64,000 nucleotides of DNA from the human T2T-CHM13v2.0 reference genome, Homo sapiens, in NCBI RefSeq assembly GCF_009914755.1, contig NC_060926.1. One strand, 5' to 3'. The position numbers were made by a program, and so were the translations under genes. The notes beneath the pieces are model-generated. The model was not told the origin of the DNA, searched no databases, and saw nothing but the letters and a program-made list of their open reading frames with translations. Shown piece after piece: positions 14,150-26,170 of this stretch. Every line of letters begins with the position of its first letter. Position 1 is the stretch's first letter.

Positions 14150-16100
14150 TTTATTTGGGAATAAAGAAGGTGCCATCTCTGCACTCATGAAGCTTACAGT
14201 CTAGTGGGTGGGTAAGTAAGCAAATATGTACATATGAAGTGCTGGAAAGTAAACAGTGTACAGTGATAGAGAGTAAAGGGAATGGGGGACAGTATTTAAA
14301 CATGGTGGTCAAGACATGGTTCCCTAAGGAGGAGACATTTAAGTTGGTCCCTGAAGGATTAGAAGGAGCAGGGAAGAGAAAACAGAATGTTTCTGGACAT
14401 AGAAAAGACTCAGCATTTTCAAGGAAGTGAAGGGAAGCAAGGTATAGAGGGAGAAGGGGAGAGTAGCGAGAGGCAGGAGTCAAATATGCAGACACTTGCA
14501 GATGCTTGAATTCTATTCTAAATACAATTAGAAGACATTGGAGTCTTCTTTTACACTGCCATTTACACAGTTCAGGTACTTTTAATCAGAGTTATGATTT
14601 TGAAAGACTATTTAGGATTCCATATGAGAGTTGATTGGAGGAGGCAAAATTATAAAGAAGGGAGAACAGAGGAGAGGCTTTTGTAGTGGTTCAAGTGAAA
14701 GATGGTGGTAACTTGGTCGGGTGGTAAAATGTAGAGACCAAGAGATGTAGACCATTTGAGACGTGTCTTGAAGGTAAAATAGTTCTTAGTGGTTGATATG
14801 TTGCAGGGTGTGAGGGACAGAGGGATGAAGAATAACTCCTAAGTCTCTGCCTTACGCCACTGGGGGCCTGGCATGCCTTCTATTGAGATAGAGAAGACTG
14901 GGGAAGGAAAAGTTTTTGAGAGGAGGGAGTGGGAAATAAAGTGAGTTCAGTTTTAAACATGACAACTTTCAGATACTAACAAGATATTCACATAGAGGTT
15001 GTCATGTAGCAGGTTAATATTCCAGTAAGGAATTCAGGGCTTGGAGACAGACATTTGAGAAACATCATCAGATTGGTATTTAAAGTCCTGTAGCTGGATG
15101 AGATCACCTGGGGACAAGGTAGAGAAGGATCAAGGATCAAGCAGATCAAGGATCAAGCCTTGGGAACCCTCATAATTAATGGAGAGGTAAAGGAAGAGAA
15201 GTTGGCCAAAGAGACTGCAGAGGAGCCACCAAGGAGGAAGGAAGAAAACCTAGAAAATGCAGGCTTATAAAGGCCAAGGCAAGAATATATACAGAAGAAG
15301 AAGTACTCAACTGTGAGAGATCTGGAAGAAAAATCTCAAAGAAGGGATGGTTTGCTATGTGGGGGAGAATAAGTAATATCTTTTCTCCACCCATCACTAG
15401 GTTCGTGGTTAAGACCCCTGTAATAAAAGACAGATTAATAAGAGGAAAGCATACACATTTATTTAAGATAAGTGTTACATAATATGGGATCCTTCAGAAA
15501 TGTAGACTCAACGAAACAGTGAAATTGCGTATTTTTAATGCTTCAGTTTGATGAAGAGTACACAGTCACGCAGACATATGATTGAACCAAAGGGGTATGA
15601 TCTAATGGTACTAAACTGGAAGAACTTGGCAAGGCCTGTTTCCTCAGATTCTTCTGTGTCCTCATGTCTTCCTTCATGGATAAGAATGTTAACAAAGGTC
15701 TTAAGACCTACTTTGTGGAAGAAGGGAGAGAGAAGGTCAGAGAGTGACCTTCCTGCTTCTGTGATTTTCTCAATATCTTTCAGCTTCAAATATTCAGTAT
15801 GCCCAGGCACCACAATTTGGGGTAGCATGTTCTGAGCCCTGTTAACTACATGAAGATGAGAAATGACCTGGACAAGGTTGTTTTGGTGGAGTAGAAGGGA
15901 CAGATAGCATGCTGGGTTATAAGTGAGTGGGAGATGAGAAAGTGGAGACAGCACACTCAGAAAATATCTCAGGGACTTGGTAAAGGGAATTAGGAAAAGG
16001 GAGTAGTCATTGGAAATGAGTGTTTGGTTTTCTTAGATAGAAAGTATCAGACACTATTAGTTTACTGATAGGAATCAATTATTGTATTACTAGGGGAAAA
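14150..16100 (-). mobile_element. L2 LINE, long fragment interrupted by an LTR
   Basis: ctctgcactcatgaagcttacagtctagtggg, ggatgagatcacctgggga and other L2 antisense motifs; resumes after 15848. Confidence 0.75.
15358..15844 (-). mobile_element. ERV1 solo LTR (MER34-like)
   Basis: Reverse strand begins agggctcagaacatgctaccccaaa; near-TSD gcta (15354-15357)/acta (15845-15848). Confidence 0.7.
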
Positions 16101-16167
16101 GCAAATGACGACTTAGAAGAACGAGGATGACCAAAGGCATGATGTTCTTAAGAAGGAATAAGTCAAG

Positions 16168-16345
16168 AGTAGTGCTTTCAAGTGTTTGTGTACATAAACA
16201 CAGAAAACACCTGGGGAGCTTGTTAAATGGCAGATTGTGAGGCTGTAGGTGTATGATGGGGCCTGAGAGTCTGCATTTCTTGCATTTTTCCCAGGTGATG
16301 GTGATGCTGGTGCTGCCAGTCCACAGACCACTTTGAGTAGCAAGG
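16168..16345. mobile_element. MER5A hAT-Charlie MITE
   Basis: cacctggggagcttgttaaa...ggggcctgagagtctgcattt...accactttgagtagca. Confidence 0.85.
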
Positions 16346-17149
16346 GTAGTGCATAAAGGGTTATGCCTTTAATTGAAGAAATGACATTTCTTCAGTTGCC
16401 AGAGGAGGGAAGTCAGAGAAGATGGGTAGCTGTGGAGGTGGCAGGGATGGGGGCAGTTACCTGATAGTTTCTAGTTGCTAAGTAAACTCTGAGAGTGAAG
16501 GAGGGGGAAGTTGAATAAGACATTTGAGAAGATAAAGGCATAAAAGCTCTCTTAGAGAATACAAATGTAAGCCCTAAAGAAACATAACTAGATTTGGGGG
16601 CAAAGTTCAGGACCCATTTGAGGTTTTCCACTATGACTTAACATGAAACCAATCTACAATATTTAGCAGCTTGGGTGCCTACAAGAAGAGGATGGTTGGA
16701 TCTCTCACTATTATTGAGGTTTTACCAATTGATTGTGAAAGAGGGAGTGAGGGGTTAAAGAGGGGAAGGGGGTCTTTTCAAAAATTATTATAACAATGAC
16801 CATGGAATCTAAACTTAACTAGAATGGAAGTGCCCTTATTGTTCTTGCCACATGTGTGTCAGTTGAGATAGGAACATTAATTTCTGTGTAGAGACATGTC
16901 AAAGTTATTCTGGAAAAAAATACTGGCTCATTATACAAGACATGCTATTATCTTAAAAACAAAAGCACTAATTCTAATCGAGAAATGAGAGGTATCAGAT
17001 AGCTTTGGTTTTTCTGTTATTCCTGTGTATTTGTTAAGAATATATTTAGGTATAAGAGCAGATTTCTCAACAAATATTAGCCTCAGAGCATCTAACATAA
17101 CAAAAAATCTAGAACCATTGCTGTTGTTCTTTTAAATAGTTAATAACAC

Positions 17150-17485
17150 CATGCTGGATCCAATCTCTTTGTGTACTTTTTGTCCTCCTAGTCATTACCT
17201 CCTGCTTTCAAGATGGCTGCTGCTGCTCCAGACAGCCCTCCTGTGTTCAAGTCAAATTAAAGGAGGAGAGGATGATGCTAACTGTGATTGTCTCTTTTTA
17301 TCAGAGCTATAAAAGCTTTTCCAGAAAGCCCCAGCAGATTTCCACTTACATTTCATTGGCTGGTCATCATTATGCAAGGGAGGTGGGTGAAATGAATATT
17401 TAACTTTTCTACTCTCTATGATAGAGGTTGACAGGGGGAAAAAGTGTTGCGAATGGGTGTGAATCAGCCCACCTACAATATCTGT
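17150..17485 (-). mobile_element. MLT1-type MaLR LTR fragment
   Basis: caagatggctgctgctgctccag...gaaagccccagcagatttccacttacatttcattggc. Confidence 0.6.
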
Positions 17486-18217
17486 TTGATTCAGGGCTGG
17501 CTGGAGAGTTTAAGTATCTCTGTTTTAGAGCAATCACTCCACCAATAATATCCAATTATATTAAATACACTGTGCTTAATAATAAATAAAGAACTGCCTT
17601 CTCTTCCACTTGGCTTTTCTGCTCTCAGCTAGCAATAAGGTCTGTGTTTGAGAAGGAATATGGAATATACTGAGAACTTTTATTCTCTGGGCTTGCAATG
17701 GCTCTCTCATCTGGCTTACCTTCCCAAGATAATTCAGTGCTTGTTTAGGAGAAAAATAAAAAGTGAAGAACAACTATGTTGAATTCTAGGGAAGCACTCA
17801 ATTCTGGATCATCTACCAGAACATGATTTGTTTAAGGATTATACATATTGGAAGGGGAAAGCTACTAACTTCAACTAAATCCTGTGTTCTTATTCCTGAG
17901 AGTAATTCACAGGGGTTCTTGGCAGAAAATAGAGGAGTTCTATTACTTCTCAACCAGGTTATTTGAAAGCTGTGTTCTATAATTCACAGGCAGAGAAATG
18001 CCTTTAATTCAATGCCATGATAATATAAGACTTTAAGGAATTTTGAGGAATTGTGAGGAAATCACCAGAAAAGCCAAATACATGAACACCAGTTATATTA
18101 GCAGAGTCTCTGGGACAAAGCCTCTTACACAAAGCACATGAGGCTCCACATCCAAATGGAAGTGGGAAAGGGGAAAGGGAGACCCTCCCCTTTTATAAAA
18201 TCAAATCCCCTTTTATG

Positions 18218-21200
18218 GATTTGATTCTCCACTTGGTTGCTGTTGGTGTATAGAAGAGCTACTGATTTTTGTACATTAATCTTGTATCTGAAAACTTTGC
18301 TGAATTCTTTGATCAGTTCTAAGAGCTTTCTGGAGGAGTTCTTAGGGTTTTCAAGGTAAACGATCAGATTGTCAGCAGTGACAGTTTGACTGCCTCTTTA
18401 CCGATTTGGATGTCCTTTATTTCTTTCTCTTGTCTGTTTCCTCTGGCTAGGACTTCCACTACTATATTGAAGAGGAGTAGTGAGAATGGACATCCTTATC
18501 TTGTTCCAGTTCTCAGAGGGAATGCGTTTAACTTTTCCCCATTCAGTATTATGTTGGCTGTGGTTTTGTCATAGATGGCTTTTAATACATTGAGGTATGT
18601 CTCTTGTATGCTGATTTTGCTGAGAGTTTTAATCAAAAAGTGATGCTGGATTTTGTCAAATGCTTTTTCTGCATCTATTGAGATGATCATGTGATTTTTG
18701 TTTTTAATTCTGTTTATGTGGCGTATCACATTTATTGACTTGCATATGTTAAACCATCTCTGCATCCCTGGTATGAAATCCACATGATCATGGTGGAATA
18801 TCTTTTTGATATGTTTTTGGATTCAGTTGGCCAGTATTTTGTTAAGGATTTTAGCATCTATGTTCATCAAAGATATCAGTCTGTAGTTTTCTTTTTTGGT
18901 TATATCCTTTCCTGGTTTTGGTATTAGGGTGACGCTGGCTTCATAAAAGGAATTAGGGAGCATTCCTTCTTTATCCTGTGGAATAGTGTCAAAAGGATTG
19001 CTACCAATTCTTCTTTGAATATCTGGTAGAATTCTGCCGTGAATCCACCTGGTCCTGGACTTTTTCCTATTGGTAATTTTTAAATTACCATTTCAATCTT
19101 ACTGCTTATAATTGGTCTGTTCAGGGTATCTAATTCTTCCTGAATTAAGCTAGAGGGTTGTATTTTTCAGAAATTTATAGATCTCTTCTAGGTTTTCTAG
19201 TTTATGTGCATAAAGGTGTTCATAATAGCCTTGAAAGATCTTTTGTATTTCAGTGGTGTCAGTTGTAGTATCTCCTGTTTTGTTTCTTAGTGAGGTTATT
19301 TGGATTTTCTCTCTTCTCTGTTAATCTTGCTAATGAACTATCAATTTTATTTATCTTTTCAAAGAACCAACTTTTTGTTTCATTTATCTTTTGCAATTTT
19401 TTGTTTGTTCATTTCAATTTCATTTATTTCTGCTCAGATATTGGTAATTTTCTTTCTTCTGCTGGGTTTGAGTTTGGTTTGTTCTTGTTTCTCTAGTTCC
19501 TTGAGGTGCGACCTTAGAATGTCAGTGTGTGCTCTTTCAGTCTTTTTGAAGTAGGTGTTTAGGGCTATGAACTTCCCTCTTAGCACCGCCTTTGCTGTAT
19601 CCCAGAGGTTTTGGCCAGTTGTGTCATTATTGTCATTCAGTTTGAAGAATTGTTTAATTTTCATCTTGATTTTGTTTTTGACTCAATGCTCATTCAGGAG
19701 CAGGTTATTTAATTTCTATGTATTTGCATGATTCTGAAGGTTCCTTTTGGAGTTGATTTCCAGTTTTATTCCACTGTGGTCTGAAACAGTGCTTGATATA
19801 ATTTCAATTTTCTTAAATTTATTGAGGCTCCTTTTATGGCCTATCATGTGGTCTATCTTGGAGAAAGTTCCATGTGCTGTTGAATAGAATGTGTATTTTG
19901 TGGTTGTTGGATGAAATGTTTTGTATATATCTGTTAAGTCCATTTGTTCCAAGGTATAGTTTAAATCCATTGTTTCTTTGTTGACTTTCTGTCTTGATCA
20001 CCTGTCTAGTGGTGTCAGTGGAGTATTGAAGTCCCCCCACTACAATTGTGCTGCTGTCTATATCATTTCTTAGGTCTATTAGTAATTGATTTATAAATTT
20101 GGAAGCTCCAGTGTTAGGTGCATATATGTTTAGGACTGTGATATTTTCCTGTTGGACAAGGCCTTTTACCATTATATAATGTCCCTCTTTATCTCTTTTA
20201 ACTGCTGTTGTTTTAAAATTTGTATTGTCTGACGTAAGAATAGCTACCCCTGCTTGCTTTTGGTGTCCATTTGCATGAAATTCCCTTTTCCACCCCTTTA
20301 CTTTAATTTTATATGAGTCCTTATGTGTTAGGTGAGTCTCCTGAAGGCAGCAGATAGTTGGTTGGTGAGTTCTTATGCATTTTGTGGTACTTTATCTTTC
20401 AGTGGAGCATTTAGGCCATTTACATTCAATGTTAATATTGAAATCTTAGGTGCCATTGTATTCATTGTGCTCTTTGTTGCCTGTGTACTTTGTTTTTTTT
20501 GTTTTTCATTTTTACTTTTTAACATGTATTTTTGTTTTATAGGTCCTGTGTGATTTATGCTTTAAAGAGGTTCTGTTTTGATGTGTTTCTAGGATTTATT
20601 TCAAGATTTAGAGCTCCTTTAGCAGTTCTTGTAGTGGTAGCTTGGTAATGGCAAATTCTCTCAGCATTTGTTTGTCTGAAAATGACTGTATCTTTCCTTC
20701 ATATATGATGCTTAGTTTTGCTCAATACAAAATTCTTGGTGATAATTGTTTTGTTTGAGGAGGCTGAAAATAGGGCCCCAATCCCTTCTAGCTTGTAGGG
20801 TTTCTGCTGAGAAATCTGCTGTTAATCTGATAGGTTTCCCTTTATAGGTTACCTGGTGCTTCTGTTTCACAGCTCTTAAGATTCTTTCCTTTGTCTTAAC
20901 TTTGGATAGCCTGATGACAATGTGCCTAGGCAAAGACTTTTTTTGCGATGAATTTTCCAGGTGTTCTTTGTGCTTCTTGTATTTGGATATCTAGGTCTCT
21001 AGAAAGACCGGGAAGTTTTCCTCAATTATTCCCCCAAATATGTTTTCCCAACTTTTAGAATTATCTTCTTCCTCAGGAACACCAATTTTTCTTAGGTTTG
21101 GCCATTTTACATAATCCCAGAGTTCTTGGAGCCTTGTTCATATTTTCTTATTCTTCTTTGTCTTTTTGGATTGGGTTAATTCAGAGACCTTGTCTTTGGG

Positions 21201-22779
21201 CTCTGAATTTCTTTCTTCTACTTGTTCAATTCTATTGCTGAGACTTTCCAGAACATTTCACATTTCTAAAAGTGTGTCCAAAGTTTCCAGAATTTTTTAT
21301 TTTTTTTCTTTAAGCTATTTATTTCCTTGAATATTTCTCCCTTTACTTCTTGTATAATTTTTTGGATTTCCTTTCATTGGGCTTCATCTTTCTCTGGCCC
21401 CTCCCTAATTAGCTTAATACCTAACCTCCGGAATTCTTTTTCAGGTAAATCAGGATTTCTTCTTGGTTTGGATCCATTGCTGGTGAACTAGTATGATTTG
21501 TTGGGGGTGTTGAGGAGCCTTGTTTTTTTATATTACCACAGTTGGTTTTCTGCTTTCCTCTCATTTGGGTAGGCTCTGTCAGAGGAAAGGTCTAGGGCTG
21601 AAGGCTGTTGTTCAGTTTCTTTTGTCCCATGGGGTGTTCTCTTGATGTAGTACTCTCCTTTTTTCCCCATAGATGTGGTTTCCTGTGAACTGAACTGCAG
21701 TGATTATTGCCTCTCTTCTGAGTCTAGCCACCCAGCAAGTCTACCCAGCTCTGGGCTGGTACTGGGGTTGTCTGCACAGAGTCTTGTGATATGAATCGTC
21801 TATGGGTCTCTCAGCCATGGATACCTGCTCCTGTTCCATTGGAGGTGGTGGAGGGTGCAATGGACTCCATGAGGGTCCTTAGCTTTGGTGGTTTAATGCT
21901 CTATTTTTGTACTGGTTGGCCTCCTGCCAGGAGGTGGCACTTTCCAGAAAGCATTAGCTGTAGTAGTATGAAGAGGGACCGGTAGTTAGTGGGACCCTAG
22001 AACTCCCAAGATTATATGCCTTTTGTCTTCTGCTACCAGGATGCATAGGAAAGGACCATCAGGTGGGGGTAGGGCTAGGCGTGTCTGAGCTCAGACCCTC
22101 CTTGGGCTGGTCTTGCTGTGGCTGCTGTGGGGGATGGGGGTGAGATTCCCAGGTTACTGGAGTTTTGTACCTGGGAGGATTATGACTGTCTCTGCTGAGT
22201 TGTGCAGGTTGTCAGGGAAGTAGGGAAAGCCAGCAGTCACAGGTCTTACCTAGCTCCCATGCAAACTGAAGGGCCAGCAGATTGGACACAGCAGGATAGA
22301 GAGACACTGTAGCCCCCACCACAACAGCCCTGAGGTCTGTTTCCAGGCAGAGGATGTGATGGGCTTGAAAACTTGCTCTGGGCTACCCGCCTTCCAGATG
22401 CAAAAGTAAAGGGCTTGGTTCTTCCCCTGCCTGTGGAGTCTGCACACTGGATTTACACCTTCCCCTGAGTTCTGGCCAGGAGGCTTCTCGTCCTGTAAAA
22501 ATTGTCACAAAGTTCAGCTAGAGATTTCCTTCTCCCTGTGGAGTTTTACCCCTTGCTCCTCTGGTCACCCTCCTGATGGATCCCTGTGGTGCCAGGCAGG
22601 AATGGCCTGCTAGGGGATACAGTGAGCTCCCAGTGCCTTTCTGCTGCTTCTTCTATCCATGTATTCCACTAGGCTTTCTAAATTGATTCAGCTCCAGGTA
22701 AAGTCAGAAACTTCTCCCACAAACCGACCTTCAGCTTTTCCAGTGGGGCTGTGTGTTTGGGAGAGGAGGGTCTCCCTTT
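18218..22779 (-). mobile_element. L1 (L1PB-like): 5'UTR, ORF1 and 5' half of ORF2, truncated at both ends
   Basis: Minus-strand ORFs: ORF1 (PRHIVIRLSKVKTKERILRA, 20712-20933), endonuclease (LNIYAPNTGA, SDHSGIKLEI), RT ([21 protein letters not shown]); many stops; no 3'UTR, poly-A or conventional TSD. Confidence 0.95.
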
Positions 22780-22850
22780 TATAATAGGGGATTTGATTCC
22801 CACTGTGTCATTTCATATCTCCTTTGCATATACTATTATACTTAGAGTGC

Positions 22851-23250
22851 TGTATCATGCAGGGTCCCAACAGGGAACAGGCGGTGTACCCAGAAAGGTA
22901 ATGGAAGGTGGTAAAGGGATTCTCTGTAGAGACGTGGGCAGGATTAATGAAGCCAGTAAGGGAAGGTGACTAACCTGGGGCCAGCAACAGCAGGCAGCTG
23001 CCAACCTTGGCCCCTTCTAGTAACTGTTTCCTTCTCTTGCTAGAACTTGGGAGGGAGTCCTTGTCAGATGGAAGAACAAAGCTACTATCAAACTGGACAG
23101 AGAGGGAGGTGGAGGAAAAAATATCTCTCTTTTCTCTTGCTGGCACCTCCCCTCAGAAATGCAAACCTGAAAGGCAGGGAACAAGAGGGAACGCAGTCCA
23201 TAGAAGCCAAACTCGCAGGATACTGAGTAGGGAGAAGCCTGGAGATTATG
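22851..23250. mobile_element. Ancient LTR-like element (ERVL/MaLR class)
   Basis: tgtatcatgcagggtcccaacagggaacag start and gtgggcaggattaa motif; family and orientation uncertain. Confidence 0.4.
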
Positions 23251-23726
23251 CTGGGCATTCTCCATTTTCCCTTACAGATCCAAATGCCCTGCCTCCCGTC
23301 TGTTGTCCTAGCAAATTTATTGTCACCTATTATACCCTGTGTAGCTCATCCACTATGCCACCTTCTGTAACTTCTCACCAGCCCCTTTGCTTCTCCCTAC
23401 ACATGTCCATACCTCTCTGTGACATTGACCACCTCACATCCCATCATTGCTTAATAGATTAGTGCCCTGCTAACCTGTGAGATTGTTGAGATCAGAGACT
23501 ACACCATATTTATTTTGGTGTATGTATTTCTATATTCTCAACCCCTGGCCTACTGTCAGACATATTATTATATGTTCGATAAATGTTTGATGAATTAAGA
23601 AACATGGAAGCATATGAACTAAAGAGGCCCCCAAAGATGTATCTACTGAAACATAACTCTGTCAGCACTCCTTTACAAACAACGAAGACTGCATTCATTG
23701 GGACTAAGATTGAAGTGTTATATATG

Positions 23727-24023
23727 GGCCAGGCAAGGTGGCTCATGCCTGTAGTCCCAGCACGTTGAGAGGCTGAGGTGGAGGTCAGGAGTTCGAGACT
23801 AGCCTAGCCAACATAGAGAAACCCTGTCTCTACTAAAAGTAGAAAAATCAGTCGGGCATGGTGCCAGGCGCCTGTAACCTCAGCTACTCAGTAGACTGAG
23901 GCAGGAAAATTGCTTGAACATGGGAGGCGGAGGTTGCAGTGAGCCGAGATCTCACCACTGCATTCCAGCCTGGGTGACAGAACAAGACTGCCTCAAACAA
24001 AACAAAAACAAACAGAAAACCCC
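23727..24023 (+). mobile_element. Alu (AluS-like) with small internal deletion and TSD
   Basis: TSD aa(g/a)tgttatatatg at 23713-23726 and 24024-24037. Confidence 0.94.
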
Positions 24024-25319
24024 AAATGTTATATATGTAACTTGTTAAGTCCCACACTTCATAAAGTGAGAGGTGTCACATTTATAGAAATAGCTGGAAT
24101 CTCAATGCTCCAAAGCCCCTGCCTGCCTAATTGAAAATGTCATCTCCTCTCCCCGAAGACAGTGGAGAATCCCTAAGTGTGCCTACAGGTGTATTCTGAA
24201 TGATTCTAGCTTCCTCCTTACCCTTCCTCTAGGATTTAGGGGTTCAGCATGGAGTCAGTCCCCCTCCAGGAGTCCCAGGTTGGGGTATCATCTCCCAGTG
24301 GATGCAGTTTTGCAGAACTTTCATCTTTCTGCTGCCACTTGGCCGCCCACTAGATACTGCCCTTGCTGCTACCCATATTACTGTCAGTTTTCCTCTAGAC
24401 TGACTGTGTCTGCACCACCACAGGACACTGATCAAGCTTGAGCCTGCTGACTACACCGCTGATCATACCTGGCCTGCCCTAGAAACCACTGGCCTCCATG
24501 CTGTCAAGAGGTTCCTGTTCCACAGCTCCTGACTTCCTCTAATTCACCAATTGCCACTACTGCTCTTCCCCATCATTCACTAGGGAAGTACTTTCTCCTT
24601 GCCTGACCAGATTTTTCAGAAGGGCCTCCTATAGCAGAGCTGTAGGGCCTCTAAAGACAAAGTTCTCTATTCCCCATTCCTCTCTTTTGCAGAGCTCCCA
24701 GGCATTCTGGGGTTGGGGTTATATCTGGGTGGGTACGTGAGGGCCTTAATCCCCACTCAGAACTAAAGTGTCAATCCTTCTTGCTTAGTTAGCCTCCTTG
24801 AGAGGTTTCATCTTTCAAGATGACTTTTCTCCAGGGGTCCATGTTCCGTTTCTTATAGCTTGCTTCTCTTTGAAAATACTTAGTCCATCCAATGGGTCTA
24901 TAATGTCTGAAGCCACATTATACAGAGGATGCAAGTTCTTTGACATATGTCTTCAAGTTTCCATAAAGTTCAAGTAAAATTAGTGGGGATCTCTTTTAAA
25001 TATCTTCAAGTACTCTAGGTTAATTTAAAAATTCAGTTAATATCTACAGCAGGGGGCTTTCTGCTTAGAAAACCGAAGAGACTTTTAGGAAGTTGTATTG
25101 TTTAACCTCACACTCTACACAAAGAGTCTCACACCCAGTCCAGACAAGATACCCAGTGGTATCTGGGAGGAACAGCACTTTTTGATTCTACACATGAAAC
25201 ATTAGTGATTTTATTTGTCAGTAGGCCATGGCCAGGCCTGCTACAAACCCAGTGATGCAGTAAGTGATAGAACTTAGAAGCAGAGTGGTGCTGCAAGAAA
25301 TTCCTAATCATTTTTTTAA

Positions 25320-25440
25320 AAAATTAACCGATCATGATGGCATACACTAGTAGCTATACTCCTAGCTACACGGGAGGCTGATGCAGGAGGATTGCTTGAG
25401 CCCAGGAGTTTGAGGCTGCAATGAGATACGATTGTGCCAT
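25320..25440 (+). mobile_element. Alu monomer or right-arm fragment (FLAM/FRAM-like)
   Basis: ctagctacacgggaggctga...ggattgcttgagcccaggagtttgaggctgcaatgag. Confidence 0.8.
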
Positions 25441-25617
25441 AATAGGATGGCACTTGTATGGGTATTTGACCCAGGCCAGGGCACTCCTGAATAATAAATC
25501 TATAAACCCATAGGTCTTGTCTTCTAACACAGCAGAGTCCTCACTCCAGTGGAACACTGAATTTTACAGAAGGAACTGGAGAATGACAACTGGAGAATGA
25601 CAAAATGGCATTCTTTA

Positions 25618-25920
25618 TCTTGTTTTTTGTTTAATTTTTAGTTTGGAAACAGGGTCTTGCTCTGTCATCCAGGCTGGAGTGCAGTGAGCTATGATTATGT
25701 CACTTGAACTCCAGGGCTCAAGTGATCCTTCTGCCTCAGTGTCCCAAGTAGCTGGGACTACAGGCACATGCCATCATGGTGGCTAATTTTTAGAAATATT
25801 TACAGAGACGGGGTCTTGCTATGTTGTCCAGGCTGGTCTCAAACTCCTGGCCTCAAGCAATCCTCCCACATTGGCCCCTCTAAACACTAGGATTACAGGC
25901 ATGAGCCACCACACCCAGCT
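25618..25920 (-). mobile_element. AluJ-like with internal micro-inversion
   Basis: Reverse Alu with J-type ctcaagcaatcctcccac; segment 25686-25704 is in the opposite orientation. Confidence 0.9.
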
Positions 25921-25994
25921 AATCTTGTATATGTTATGTGCACTGCTTGTTTGCTGGTTCGGTGGGCAAGAGAAGTGAAAGTCAACTTAAACTG

Positions 25995-26170
25995 AGGCAG
26001 ATTCATCATTCGTGCCTTGATTTATTCATCTATAAACTGGAAATGACAATCATGTCTTTCCTAGAGTGTCATTTAGATGATTGAATGATTTAACATACAT
26101 AAGGAACTTGGAACAGTGTTTGGAAGTTAATTAATACTATCTACATATTTGCTATTATTTTTACCATTAT
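25995..26170 (+). mobile_element. MIR SINE fragment
   Basis: attcatctataaactggaaatgacaat...aaggaacttggaacagtgtttgg. Confidence 0.6.

Noticed and set aside
25574-25601. Short tandem duplications (14 bp here; gatcaag repeats at about 15127-15157; 25 bp at 58451-58500)
   Set aside because: Ordinary slippage products.
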